From IMG/VR virus record IMGVR_UViG_3300037307_000543, positions 3,138 to 67,137 of that record: a stretch of 64,000 nt of DNA, one strand, 5' to 3'. This stretch comes from a virus. Positions 10,701 to 18,866 of the stretch are shown here, piece by piece (the first letter of the stretch is position 1; each line of letters begins with the position of its first letter). The position numbers and the translations under genes were made by a program. The notes under the pieces are model-generated. The model searched no databases, was not told where the DNA came from, and saw only the letters and a list, made by a program, of their open reading frames with translations.

Positions 10701-11294
10701 CCACTCTTTAACGATCATCTCAATTTTGCTCTTGTTGCCCTTCGCGTCAAACATCTTGATCACGACACCAGCAACCTGATTCCCTTTGTTCAAGTTATCG
10801 ACAAGCGCCCTTCTATTGGAGGGAATCGCAAGAGCAGAGATCTCGACAAGCTCCACTTCGTGATAGAGCTTCTTCACTCTTCTCCCGTTGGCGGTCTTGA
10901 GAGCGTCTGAAGGAATCTTGTTCAGGCTTGGATTCTCTTCGACCACCACGGGAACAAATCCGGCGGAGAACCCCCTGAGACAGCCTTCATGAAAAAGCGT
11001 CAGAAGCTCGTCGCCAGTCTGAGTATTGGCAAGCTGGAACTTGGCCCATATCCCGTCGTCTCTGAACTGCATATCAACACACTTTCCAATGGGCCTGGAT
11101 TTGTGCTGATGAGCTTCGATGAAGACAGGATAGGACATGTAGACCCCGATGTGCTTCTCGAACGCTCCAGGCATAACGATTTCGCCGTCCCTATCGACTT
11201 CAGGACGGGAGACGTACCCGGAGACCGTTCTTTGTTCAAGGTCTACGTCGGGAAGAAAATCATCTTCCCATTTGAAAGGTTTGGTAGTGAACAA
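4779..11294 (-). CDS. HK97-family prohead protease fused to a roughly 2000-aa multi-module extension
   Basis: N-terminal VSGYVS..VDRDGE, AHQH..PIGK, LRGFSAGF, ELVEISAL (His/Ser/Glu of the U35/S78 protease); downstream permuted papain-like motifs and HEWGH. Confidence 0.88.
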   Translation of the reverse strand: MFTTKPFKWEDDFLPDVDLEQRTVSGYVSRPEVDRDGEIVMPGAFEKHIGVYMSYPVFIEAHQHKSRPIGKCVDMQFRDDGIWAKFQLANTQTGDELLTLFHEGCLRGFSAGFVPVVVEENPSLNKIPSDALKTANGRRVKKLYHEVELVEISALAIPSNRRALVDNLNKGNQVAGVVIKMFDAKGNKSKIEMIVKEWIKEKEKEESFYGFVTKGAGLVYASQYGPQLWHSLTGGPSITAMGGTSNVAVNVPQAQMDAILRNQQEILSSLQQVKDKDSWAEWAKKWGLRLGGAAAGYLFLTRTQIGQGMVQAAKEKLKDWIVAGMYGVADRIRRKGIDTENQVQTLTDTLDIIADALEKGVEVGADKIPEYKDLSNQYQQITDEIKDLVEEKGFAAFIGKGMTEAQFEEAEHPRHADGKFRPKGEAAKPSTVGPKSVTQSMSPKKVKEVEKPKAVKYRTVSSSVVQPGKSRELSEEEKKGVVRWIRANKGKTALVGLGIASAPLIFATARVGGRLIKTIYSDAAKKMVPWDGLTPEAKAAWRNQAQPGDVFIWGSRPYDGIEDLIGDTYKHVAKGDETARRRLREVFAKAVNGGSYSHSSMIVGTYDQNMHKKMVEAYMSGGVRHKRARDLFVNMFGQEGKRVVVNDLNIKKYMENKKYIDEILTSYEGEKIETIVSRELDRVGDLKFKTNKQKKLFWNDVKDRAKYVSDFDDFLAGRGIVGQHMGKFVVAQATSGEKGRLVLSVKDYPRSTPDAISLILRPKKEVMSLSDKKAMGERIIEDALNEKQSGIRFTFDQEQPTTLAMARERPDLVVDRLADPITGSLFTAIVKDDRVICAGTVAELYKNYGGEAFRGKFKKESALLYPKDLLSSKKFADVVLPAGSDKWIKPEELEKMRPLPKAVIATGAVGGAVVAGSEAKKKLEKGFADFVGKEMTKEEFDPREHPRAPAGSERGGEFVKAGTGVTTTAPKRATKFVASHGGVRAGAGRMPKKAPQAVQRLTEKYKAENPGMSEAKVKEKIRADAYRLGKPDWILYMDDPVKYMDKEREDMANALRSSYNRARTSSGVVEQSPVNAKDAHGIMDASLSKFNEEVQKHKAVADAWKKYRSDNVSDEDRAVAKILLAGATLAGAATLAAIFWKRPRYIPNKFFRAVDISKTAAKEIIRGGKGTGEIAQVRRLSAINKFAMGEVVAAELIQSAKIGPFTSWGTIDAKQVNFLNRWIASAVAKLKGKTGGKAIRAYRLGPTLRGYGLEGTIYGPGKGAFVNTKVKQDLMNWRPRQGSLDGDTGIVFVGRNGKVQVEDLLTSAWERAYWNKDGKLQRKILELVPKESTDPLLPFEWRGRRIVLKPDLADTITKAERHAVEISNDVTPEMLKNKKLVTAKAIEAKTNAWLEGHGIVIRKSNGDLEFTRKHGIIPDYIYTPYTPDEINEYDKALGRLDPNKPDRIPSDWGALGDFFMEKVIPPFSVRAWAGIGATTGAAGTAFYFHKDIMNFVKEVTSSKKEKEAISTALRKEEGKAEKQEKPNLAEWTKYERALAEKERRRAEAYTAQGFQQDIQERLVSKLVGEHLRREMEGAVPLYRSLLATIERYLPNLALAALQEEFARRGFKAHDPRVTAILLDLMKDDKKLHQVTAQALVEYIKNPKHKKDIENLAEAGKILQEEIKKQETKRGDDEWYGEYDAQIREGTKKGFVEFITKGMNEEEKPLQGRAPSADDLATAMAEVFIDDLVDCSDACKIAIENALPGHTRFEAVLDVLNDVYSALRNQVKLVKNGPGEEDIVKKEMSKEEFVESEHPRHRDGKFRDKNSVQEGVASDVIMSDKTKKIVGGVVVIGGVALSVGAYKILRNSNIFARAGGNTSKAQKIAIGVLSGSAIGKNATTTAQSILDIKVFNEIKNFNIKTYRRRFPEKAKVIDYINNPLGFQKDLMRQFGHLESPGPVKIVIRDEVDYGGSLDSALGNQIAFIGHKNTLNINLVNYNFPEAVKVIDSMGGPKELLMHEWGHALTLLNTPGARQILKKTEADFVKAGLELKGKKFSVRYIHPSTGIDTKSSGIISDVKVVDFDYGEFGMSRFPQLEGQFGKLSDDYVRVVENQKGFIQKRIVITTKEDNGEVAEFELITLPGLFGQIFNGIPAEEVFAVEGIKNSRDIYRLASQSEWCSVLSERGIKL

Positions 11295-12323
11295 TTAATC
11301 CGAACTCCACTTAAGACCAGATCTAAGATATCTTGCGAGTTCTGCCGCCCTTGTAAGCTCCTCTTTCAAAACCTTATCCTTTATTGGTCTCTTCAGTCTG
11401 TCTTCAAGAATATCCAATGATTTTGATGTATTCAAAAGATCCTTTCTTTTTTGAAGAGGAAGAAGACCCGTTTTGCCCATATTCTTCACCCTTTGAGAAA
11501 GCATCAAAGCCATATCCTTTACGGCAGGACCTGCGGCTTTCTGGATGATTTGAGAAGAGGAAAGACGTTTTTTCCTCCATTGAGTGGGATCAAAATAAGA
11601 AATGTCCCGCTCTGAATCTCTCTTGGCCTTCCTCGGACTATTCTGTTTGGAAAACAACAAGTCACGAGCCTCTCGTTCCGCTTTTACAATCTCTGTTGGA
11701 ATACGTTCTTGATCCAGCGCCTCTCCAAGGCCATGATAAGACGCAACATCATCGTGCAACTTTTTCATTTTTTTTGCAGCCTTTGTATACCCCCTGGAGA
11801 TGGTAAAGCCTCCTTTCTCAACAATCATCGAATCGTCAAGTTCCTTGTATCGTTGACGCAGTTTCCGACTAATAACGTCAGAAATAGACCCAACCCTTTT
11901 TTCCTTTTCTGGAGAGAGTCCGAAACTGGAAAGCGGATTATTAAATTGAGAAAACTTGTCACCAAGAGTTTCTTTCATTCTGTCAACCGCGCTGATGATA
12001 ATCCGCTTGTCCTTGGGAGAGGTTTTTTTGTATTGTTTCAAAAACTCTCCTGCACCAGAAAGAGGAGAAGCGCTCGCTCTTTTCGCCTCTTGCAAAACCT
12101 CTTTGATCGCTCGTGGAGCTTTCTCAACAATCATCGAATCGTCAAGTTCTTTGGCCTCAATTCCCCACTCCTGCCCTCGCTCGGCCAGCACCTCATCCAG
12201 AGTCTTCCTGGCAGGCTCAACGGAGAATTCCTTTTCAATCAGTTCTTCAGGCTCCATGTTCTTGCACGTTCCGCCCTGAAGATCCATCGTCACAAAGCTT
12301 GCTTTTCCTCTTTTGTCAGACAT
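11295..12323 (-). CDS. Basic head-module protein with two KELDDSMIVEK repeats
   Basis: Likely start at ATG 12323 (AGGAGG upstream); 29-bp identical DNA repeat at 11815-11843 and 12121-12149. Confidence 0.7.
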   Translation of the reverse strand: MSDKRGKASFVTMDLQGGTCKNMEPEELIEKEFSVEPARKTLDEVLAERGQEWGIEAKELDDSMIVEKAPRAIKEVLQEAKRASASPLSGAGEFLKQYKKTSPKDKRIIISAVDRMKETLGDKFSQFNNPLSSFGLSPEKEKRVGSISDVISRKLRQRYKELDDSMIVEKGGFTISRGYTKAAKKMKKLHDDVASYHGLGEALDQERIPTEIVKAEREARDLLFSKQNSPRKAKRDSERDISYFDPTQWRKKRLSSSQIIQKAAGPAVKDMALMLSQRVKNMGKTGLLPLQKRKDLLNTSKSLDILEDRLKRPIKDKVLKEELTRAAELARYLRSGLKWSSD

Positions 12324-12334
12324 TGGAAGCCCTC

Positions 12335-14740
12335 CTAAGATTTCTCCGCCAGGACCGGTCTTCTCACGCACCGACAGTTCGGATGAAGCGTTGCCGATTC
12401 TTTGTACACCTTTCCGGTTCGATAATCCTTCAAAATGGTCCCGTGATTCGCTCTACAATTCTTCTCCGGATTTGAGTCATTACATACCCGCTCATCAAGC
12501 GCAGTCCACAAGACCGCTTTCTCGACAACGATTCTTCCCGCGTCCTTGTTTACTTTCTCAAACGACGCATCAGATCCCACATCCAATGCGCCGGAAAGCT
12601 CAGTTCGAGCAATCATAGACGCCCGCGCGGACCCCATATCAGCAAATTTCTCGCGAATGAGGTCCGCGACATCTTCTACATCCATGCCTTCCTTGAGCCC
12701 CGTCTTAATGATCTTCGTGATGGTTTTCTTAATCGTCCTACTTCTCAGCGTTGCCGACTGGTCGAGAAATCTACCGGCAGCATTGTATGTGGCCTCGTCC
12801 GGAGAAATGCCAAGCATTCCGCCAAGACCTTTCTCCACCAATCTCAGCCCGAAATTAAATCCAATGTCAACCGCCTTCATGATAAACAGACGAGACGATT
12901 CTTTATATTCGTATTCAAACTCATTCAAATCAAAGACTTCATCAGGTTCCTTAGTAACAATACCATTCGCGTTTTTCTTGACAATTTCTGATATCTGTAG
13001 TCCTTTGCCAACGAGAAACTTCTCAGCGACGGGTTTATAGATATTTTCAATAGCCTCAATCGCAGGAAGCATCTCTTCATAGCATTTGTAAACCACTCTC
13101 TCGTCTTCAGGCAGAATCTCTTCAATATATTCATCAATCCCTCTCGTAATAAGCTTCATCAATCCATCTTGAGAAGAAAGCTTTCCAAGATTCTGTGTTG
13201 CAGTCTGGATAGTTGGATTTGCTCGCATAAAAGCGGTCAGTCCTCCACGATTGCCACGAGCCGCATTGATAAGCGTAGAGAGATTGGGCGAGTTTCCCCT
13301 CATGGATTCTTTCAAGAGCCCCATAAGGTCGCCCTCCGGCCTCCCTCCAGTCATTCCAAACTGTCCTTGAAGCGCTGGGGCGCCTCCGCCCATCATGCCA
13401 CCTTGTGCGGCCATAGATGCACCGGCAGCAGCCGCAATGCTTTCATCCCATACCTTGTCCGCCTCTGAGTTGATTCCTCGAATCGGCTGTCCATTCATCC
13501 AAGGAACGTAGCACAGCGGAGAATCGAACGGCTTTTGGCCCCTTCTCAAGCGTATTTCATTGATTGTGGTCAATCCCATAGTCAATTCGCCCTGGTTTTT
13601 AGCAAGTTCCCATTCGTCATCTTTCGGATGAGCCGACTCATAGGTAAAAATAAGGCTCTTCGTGCTCTTAAACTGAGATCTGAGCTGAAGATTTATGCTT
13701 CCGGCAAGCACCTTCAATCGAGGAAGAACCGAATGGTCCACAAAGGTCTTCTCGGCCGCAATATCGGACGCCTTAGATGAAGCCCCCATAAGCCCAAGCA
13801 TAACCTCTGGAACCCCATACGCGGCCAAGATATTATCTTTGGTCCATTCACTCAAAGCCATGAACTCAAAGTCCTTCGCGGACATTCCCACTTGCTCGAT
13901 CTTTGCTTCTCCGGTAAGGACCGCGGGCTTAAACTGTCGCCCTGGCCCGCGATGTTTTGCGTTCCACCCTTCCGAAAGCCGTTCGGCTTGAGCCTTTGGA
14001 ATGGGGTGAGCAGGAACAATCACGAAATCCGGCCTTGCGTTATTCTGAAAAAAATCCTTCTCATAGACCTGAAGATAGAGATCCAAATCAGTGACGTGCG
14101 CCAGGGCTTGAATGGGGGTAAAGGGAAGCACCGGATTCATCGGATTCGGATAGTGGAAATAGACAACATCTTCGTACGGATACTCTCTTCTAAGCTGCTT
14201 CTGATAAGGAGATGCGAACACGAACTTATCAATGAGCCGATCAGTAGAGTTTCCCATCATGATCGTTACCAATTCATTCGGATTCATCAAATAAAGCTCT
14301 CTCGGGGCACCGATTGCATCTCTGATGATAAGCCAAAAAGCACATCCACACAGATCAAGATACATCTGCGTAGCTGCGAAAAACTGCTCTCCGTCAAAGT
14401 ACTTATTTGGCCTTCTCAGAAGCTCCAGGAGGGGGTGATGAAGAATTCGGTCAAACTCTTCATCGTTCGGCTGGCCAACCTCTTTGTACAGATAGAAGGG
14501 AACAGAGGCTACTTTGTTTTTGATCAGATTCACACAGGGATAAACCCAAGTACGATACTTGAGAAGTGCCTGTTGAGCATTAACTGTAGGGTTCAGAGTT
14601 CCAGGATTGGCATTGGAAACAGTAGAAAGCGTTCTCGAATTAAGCTCTTCCCACCCTTTTATTACCACGACGCCTGGATACTCATCAAAAAAATCTCGGT
14701 CTTTGGAAAAGGCGCTTCTCAGGCGATCAAGGAATCCCAT
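12335..14740 (-). CDS. HK97-family portal protein fused to a MuF/SPP1-gp7-like head morphogenesis domain
   Basis: Portal motifs VYPCVNLIKNKVASVP, DVVYFHYPNP, KDFEFMAL, ILAAYGVP; C-terminal ARTELSGA, WTALDERVC, HPNCRC. Confidence 0.9.
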   Translation of the reverse strand: MGFLDRLRSAFSKDRDFFDEYPGVVVIKGWEELNSRTLSTVSNANPGTLNPTVNAQQALLKYRTWVYPCVNLIKNKVASVPFYLYKEVGQPNDEEFDRILHHPLLELLRRPNKYFDGEQFFAATQMYLDLCGCAFWLIIRDAIGAPRELYLMNPNELVTIMMGNSTDRLIDKFVFASPYQKQLRREYPYEDVVYFHYPNPMNPVLPFTPIQALAHVTDLDLYLQVYEKDFFQNNARPDFVIVPAHPIPKAQAERLSEGWNAKHRGPGRQFKPAVLTGEAKIEQVGMSAKDFEFMALSEWTKDNILAAYGVPEVMLGLMGASSKASDIAAEKTFVDHSVLPRLKVLAGSINLQLRSQFKSTKSLIFTYESAHPKDDEWELAKNQGELTMGLTTINEIRLRRGQKPFDSPLCYVPWMNGQPIRGINSEADKVWDESIAAAAGASMAAQGGMMGGGAPALQGQFGMTGGRPEGDLMGLLKESMRGNSPNLSTLINAARGNRGGLTAFMRANPTIQTATQNLGKLSSQDGLMKLITRGIDEYIEEILPEDERVVYKCYEEMLPAIEAIENIYKPVAEKFLVGKGLQISEIVKKNANGIVTKEPDEVFDLNEFEYEYKESSRLFIMKAVDIGFNFGLRLVEKGLGGMLGISPDEATYNAAGRFLDQSATLRSRTIKKTITKIIKTGLKEGMDVEDVADLIREKFADMGSARASMIARTELSGALDVGSDASFEKVNKDAGRIVVEKAVLWTALDERVCNDSNPEKNCRANHGTILKDYRTGKVYKESATLHPNCRCVRRPVLAEKS

Positions 14741-15240
14741 TACTTGTTCCCAAACTCGTCTTTAAGAATCTTCTCAAGGTTGTCATTGTCGTCATCAAGC
14801 TTAAAAGCTGCCTTCTGGAGCAACTCTTCACGCTTCTTGTTCTTTTCGACAATCTTCGTCATCCATGAATCCTGACGAACCAAGCTATTCACAATCTTCT
14901 CTCTAAACGAAGAAAACCCAACAGCAAGATGCCCCACTTCCTCGTCTGGAGGGAGTACTTCGGGCTCTTTCGGACCAAAATCTTCTTCATGAGACACGAC
15001 AGTTTCTCCTTTAATCGTTTTCTCAGACGTTTTCTCGCCCTCTTCGGTGAGTTCGGTCACTACGATGTCTTGAATCTCTTTACAGTGAACAATGACCCCT
15101 CCGGATGGAGTATCGAACGACTCCACTCCGGATTTAGACTCCCGTATCCGTGCTAGAGCGGCTTCGACTTCGCTTTGCTCGCTCATCAGCAAGGACACGG
15201 GAGTATGATTCACGTACTTGAAGGTGAGTCTAAAACTCAC
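14740..15240 (-). CDS. Hypothetical head-module protein
   Basis: Translationally coupled to the portal gene; contains IVEK. Confidence 0.65.
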   Translation of the reverse strand: MSFRLTFKYVNHTPVSLLMSEQSEVEAALARIRESKSGVESFDTPSGGVIVHCKEIQDIVVTELTEEGEKTSEKTIKGETVVSHEEDFGPKEPEVLPPDEEVGHLAVGFSSFREKIVNSLVRQDSWMTKIVEKNKKREELLQKAAFKLDDDNDNLEKILKDEFGNK

Positions 15241-16437
15241 TTACTTCTTGACCTTTCCTTTTGGAACTCTCACGACCGAGGAGCACTTGAAGACGAAATC
15301 CTCTTCGTCAGCACCTTTCTCCTTACGAGTTGCTCTATAGACACCATAGCCGCCAGCGCCAAGAGCAGGAACCGCAGCAATGGCAAGACTCTTCTTGGGA
15401 TTATCCTTAATCCACTGAATTGCGGCTTCAGTTGCAGTTGGAGTGATCTTCCCAAACTGCTTCGAGAGTGCGCGACGAGTCTTGTAGGCAGGGATTCTCC
15501 CACTCTCTCTGCCCCTCAGCCACTCGGACTTCTTCGGAGCAGCGGCCTGAGCATCGCTGATTTCTCGGCTTTTGGTCCCGTAAATGTCGCCCGCAGCGGC
15601 CTTCTCAACGAAATCGGCAAAGCCTTTCTCCTTCCGTCTACTCAAAGCATAGACTCCGCCGCCGATAAGACCAGCCGCACCAAGCCCAGCCGCGCCCGTT
15701 CTGTACGGATGAGCAGCAGCATAACGACCAACAGCTTTTCCGCCTTCGGCCACTTTGCTCGCCGCAGCACGCACCTTCGGCTCGACATAACCCCGTGCCT
15801 TTTGGTACGCGCTTACAATACCCTCTTTGGCCTCACGAGTTTTTCTGCCGACAGGAGTCTCGCCAGGAGTCACTTTGACATCCCCGCCCTCCATCGAAAA
15901 TGTCCGACGAGTAAGATCCTCCTTGACAGGATTCTTCATCTTTTCGACCAAGAGGCTGTCATCAACCTCTTTTGCGACCATCCACTTCGAGTCAGACTCG
16001 CGAAGAGCAAGATGATCCGCTACCGACTTCTCGATAGTGTCGAACGAGCCGTCGATATCGTAGCGAGAAAACGAGTTCTGATCAACCACGAAGCCCTTCT
16101 CAACCATCTGGTTGTAGGACTCCCAACCCTTCTCGATCTCGTTTTTCTCTCCACCGAGATTCTGTGCGTCGGAAACGTAGGTTGCCTCAATGTCCTTTTT
16201 CGCCTCACCAGCTACTTCGGACAGATCATCCGCCATTGTGGTGCCGGGACCACCGGGCTTGTTCTCTCCCGGCTTGATGTTCGCACCACTTCTGTCAACT
16301 CCGGCAGAATCAACTCCGGCAGAATCAGTCACGTCCCGACCAGGATCAGCGGGAAGCGTATCCTCTGCATGACCATCGCCCTTGAAGACACTGAATTCCT
16401 CAAGGAACCCCTTCTGTACCAAGAATTCGTTGCTCAT
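15241..16437 (-). CDS. Head-module polyprotein-like protein with repeated (V/I)EK-G motifs and glycine-rich hydrophobic segments
   Basis: LVQKG, IEKG, MVEKG, KEVDDSLLVEK, EKGFADFVEKA; GAAGLGAAGLIGGG and AVPALGAGGYG segments. Confidence 0.7.
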   Translation of the reverse strand: MSNEFLVQKGFLEEFSVFKGDGHAEDTLPADPGRDVTDSAGVDSAGVDRSGANIKPGENKPGGPGTTMADDLSEVAGEAKKDIEATYVSDAQNLGGEKNEIEKGWESYNQMVEKGFVVDQNSFSRYDIDGSFDTIEKSVADHLALRESDSKWMVAKEVDDSLLVEKMKNPVKEDLTRRTFSMEGGDVKVTPGETPVGRKTREAKEGIVSAYQKARGYVEPKVRAAASKVAEGGKAVGRYAAAHPYRTGAAGLGAAGLIGGGVYALSRRKEKGFADFVEKAAAGDIYGTKSREISDAQAAAPKKSEWLRGRESGRIPAYKTRRALSKQFGKITPTATEAAIQWIKDNPKKSLAIAAVPALGAGGYGVYRATRKEKGADEEDFVFKCSSVVRVPKGKVKK

Positions 16438-16526
16438 TGTCTTTACCTCGCTTTTTCCTTCAAGCAGCCTCTATCGGACCCTCTCCTGAAGTCTCATGCC
16501 TGCCTTAACGGCCCAGCACGATGTTC

Positions 16527-18812
16527 CTAATTCTTCTTTCTCGATCTTTTGCCCATAGCTTCAATTCCGCCATAGTAATAAAGCTTCTTCAAGCCCTTTC
16601 CCACTGGATATTCGTCGTCATCTCCACTCAAACCATAATACAGACCCGCTCCACCAAGAAGAGCCGCACCGCCAAGACCATATTTCATGCCCCTAGAAAG
16701 ATCCTCTTGCGGCTTAGTAGCTTTAGGCAAACTCGGCTTAACCACCGAAGGCGGCTCAAAACGTTCCGCAGAACGAGACGGCGAGGGCGCTGACCTAACA
16801 GGAGAAGTCGGCTTATTCGCCTCTCTCAACTTTCTCGCGTGTTCCGATTGGCGAAAAGCAATCTCTTCTGCTTCATCAAAAACTCCACCGCGGCCTACCC
16901 GAGTTCCCGCCGCACCAGTGCCGGTAACGGCTTCGGCCCCAACAGGAATCTTTGGTTTTCTAGGCTTAAAAATATTCGTCACTTTTCTCAATGCTTGAGG
17001 CCACTTCTCAACAAGTTCATTGGCTACTGTTTCATAACGCGAAACACCCTTAATCATAATAAAGTCTTCACCTTCTATCGGCCTAATGAAGTTTGCCGCT
17101 TCATTCCGAACATATACCTTCCTGTGACCAACAGATCCGGCCCGCTCTCTAGTTCCAGCCGCTCGTTTATAAAGCTCCTGTACCGGTTCCCACTCTCGCG
17201 CTTCCTTTAAGCTCTTTTTATCTACCTTTTTGATGTTAAGTCGCTTTAGCCCTCTCCCACCTAAACCTCCCAAAAGAGCCCCGCTTGCTCCACCCGCCAA
17301 CGCTCCTCCAATAGCCCGAACAGCTTTTCTATCCTGTTCCTTTGTCGAAACATATCCACCGGCTCCTCCCAAGGCGGCCCCTACTCCAGCACCAATTAAG
17401 GCTCCTTTGATCCCCTTTTCCACTATTATAGAATCATCAAGTTCTTTCGCCTTCGTCGGCTTCAGATTCAACTTCGCGTTTCCGTGTCCGGTAGCAGTCT
17501 CCAATATATTCCTCTTAGCAAGAGCGATCCTCTTCGTCTTTGCCTCTGGCATATACGCTTTTTCCTTTTTCTTGTTCTGCTCTTTTATCGCAGCCTTCGG
17601 GGCTCCTTTCGCAGCTCCTTTGGTAAGACCCGTAGCAATTGTTTCAAATCCTATACCCCCCGAGGCCGAGCCTCTCCCGGCTTCCCCAAGGGAACTTCTT
17701 ACTACCTCAAATAGGATTCCTTTCTCTACGATCAAGGAATCATCAAGCTCTTTGACTACAAATTCCTTCTTCTTCAAATACGGCTGTCGCCCCTTTTTAT
17801 ATGCAGCAAGCGCATCGTCAAGTTTCTTTCTATACGCTGCAAGCTCTTCAATATTCGGTTTAGGAATCCTTTTTCCTGACTCATAAAGAGAATCAGCTAT
17901 CAGTTCTTTCGCCGTTTTATCAAAAATTCCTTTTTCTACAATGAGAGAGTCATCGAGTTCTTTAACAACCTGAAGTTTTCTATTCAAGGCCGCTTCTGCC
18001 GCATCATTCGCTCTCCTCATCTTCTCAACATTGGTCAAGGTCCTTTTAATGTTAGCCAATCTTTTAGAGCTATCGTCAAGAGTGGCATTAATCTCTCTCA
18101 TATGAGCAGCATAGCGATCAGCATAGTTAACGACTTCCTTTGCTAAATTAGCCTGTGCCCTTCCGGCACTTGAAATTACCGATCCAGCGCCTCCCACTGA
18201 TGCTCCCAAAGATCCGCCTATAAGAGCGCCCATTGCGGCCCTTTTCAAACGATGTTCTTTTTGTTTCGCGGTAGCCGCTGCGGTTCCAGCCCCACCAACA
18301 GCACCAATTCCGGCACCAATCGATGCAGCTTTTACAGCTCCTTTCTCGACGATGAGAGAGTCATCGAGTTCTTTGGCAACAGCCGCATCTCTCTCCAAAT
18401 ACTTCTTCCCAAGATGTCCAGCCGCGATGCCGCCTCCAACCATGAGTCCATATTTGCCCAATTTTTTCCAATTGATAGGTTTATGTCCAAGGGCGCGTTC
18501 ATAATGTTCTACTGAAGCCTTTGACACGAAGCTTTCTCCTAAAGTGGATTCAGAAACTCGTGTCCCTAAACTAGAATCATTCTCCCCCTTTACTTCAAAA
18601 CCATCCTCTCCTATATCCTTATATACAGGACGCACCCCAAGATCATCCGCGACCTCCTGAAGGCGCGCTTCAAGACTCGTCTCTCTCTTCGCTGGATCGC
18701 GAGTCGAACCTTCGAGAATAGACTCTTTATCAAACTCTTGAACAACAAGTGAAGGCTTCTGATCTACCTTCACCTCGTCCATTACGGCAAATGTGCTTTT
18801 TTCTCGCGGCAT
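16527..18812 (-). CDS. Head-module polyprotein with four KELDDS(L/I)IVEKG repeats and glycine-zipper segments
   Basis: Repeats at about 17413-17447, 17718-17753, 17928-17963 and 18339-18374. Confidence 0.75.
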   Translation of the reverse strand: MPREKSTFAVMDEVKVDQKPSLVVQEFDKESILEGSTRDPAKRETSLEARLQEVADDLGVRPVYKDIGEDGFEVKGENDSSLGTRVSESTLGESFVSKASVEHYERALGHKPINWKKLGKYGLMVGGGIAAGHLGKKYLERDAAVAKELDDSLIVEKGAVKAASIGAGIGAVGGAGTAAATAKQKEHRLKRAAMGALIGGSLGASVGGAGSVISSAGRAQANLAKEVVNYADRYAAHMREINATLDDSSKRLANIKRTLTNVEKMRRANDAAEAALNRKLQVVKELDDSLIVEKGIFDKTAKELIADSLYESGKRIPKPNIEELAAYRKKLDDALAAYKKGRQPYLKKKEFVVKELDDSLIVEKGILFEVVRSSLGEAGRGSASGGIGFETIATGLTKGAAKGAPKAAIKEQNKKKEKAYMPEAKTKRIALAKRNILETATGHGNAKLNLKPTKAKELDDSIIVEKGIKGALIGAGVGAALGGAGGYVSTKEQDRKAVRAIGGALAGGASGALLGGLGGRGLKRLNIKKVDKKSLKEAREWEPVQELYKRAAGTRERAGSVGHRKVYVRNEAANFIRPIEGEDFIMIKGVSRYETVANELVEKWPQALRKVTNIFKPRKPKIPVGAEAVTGTGAAGTRVGRGGVFDEAEEIAFRQSEHARKLREANKPTSPVRSAPSPSRSAERFEPPSVVKPSLPKATKPQEDLSRGMKYGLGGAALLGGAGLYYGLSGDDDEYPVGKGLKKLYYYGGIEAMGKRSRKKN

Positions 18813-18866
18813 AGGACTACCTCTAAGGTAGCCCCTTATAGGAAGGATCGAATCAGGTCAAGTGTT

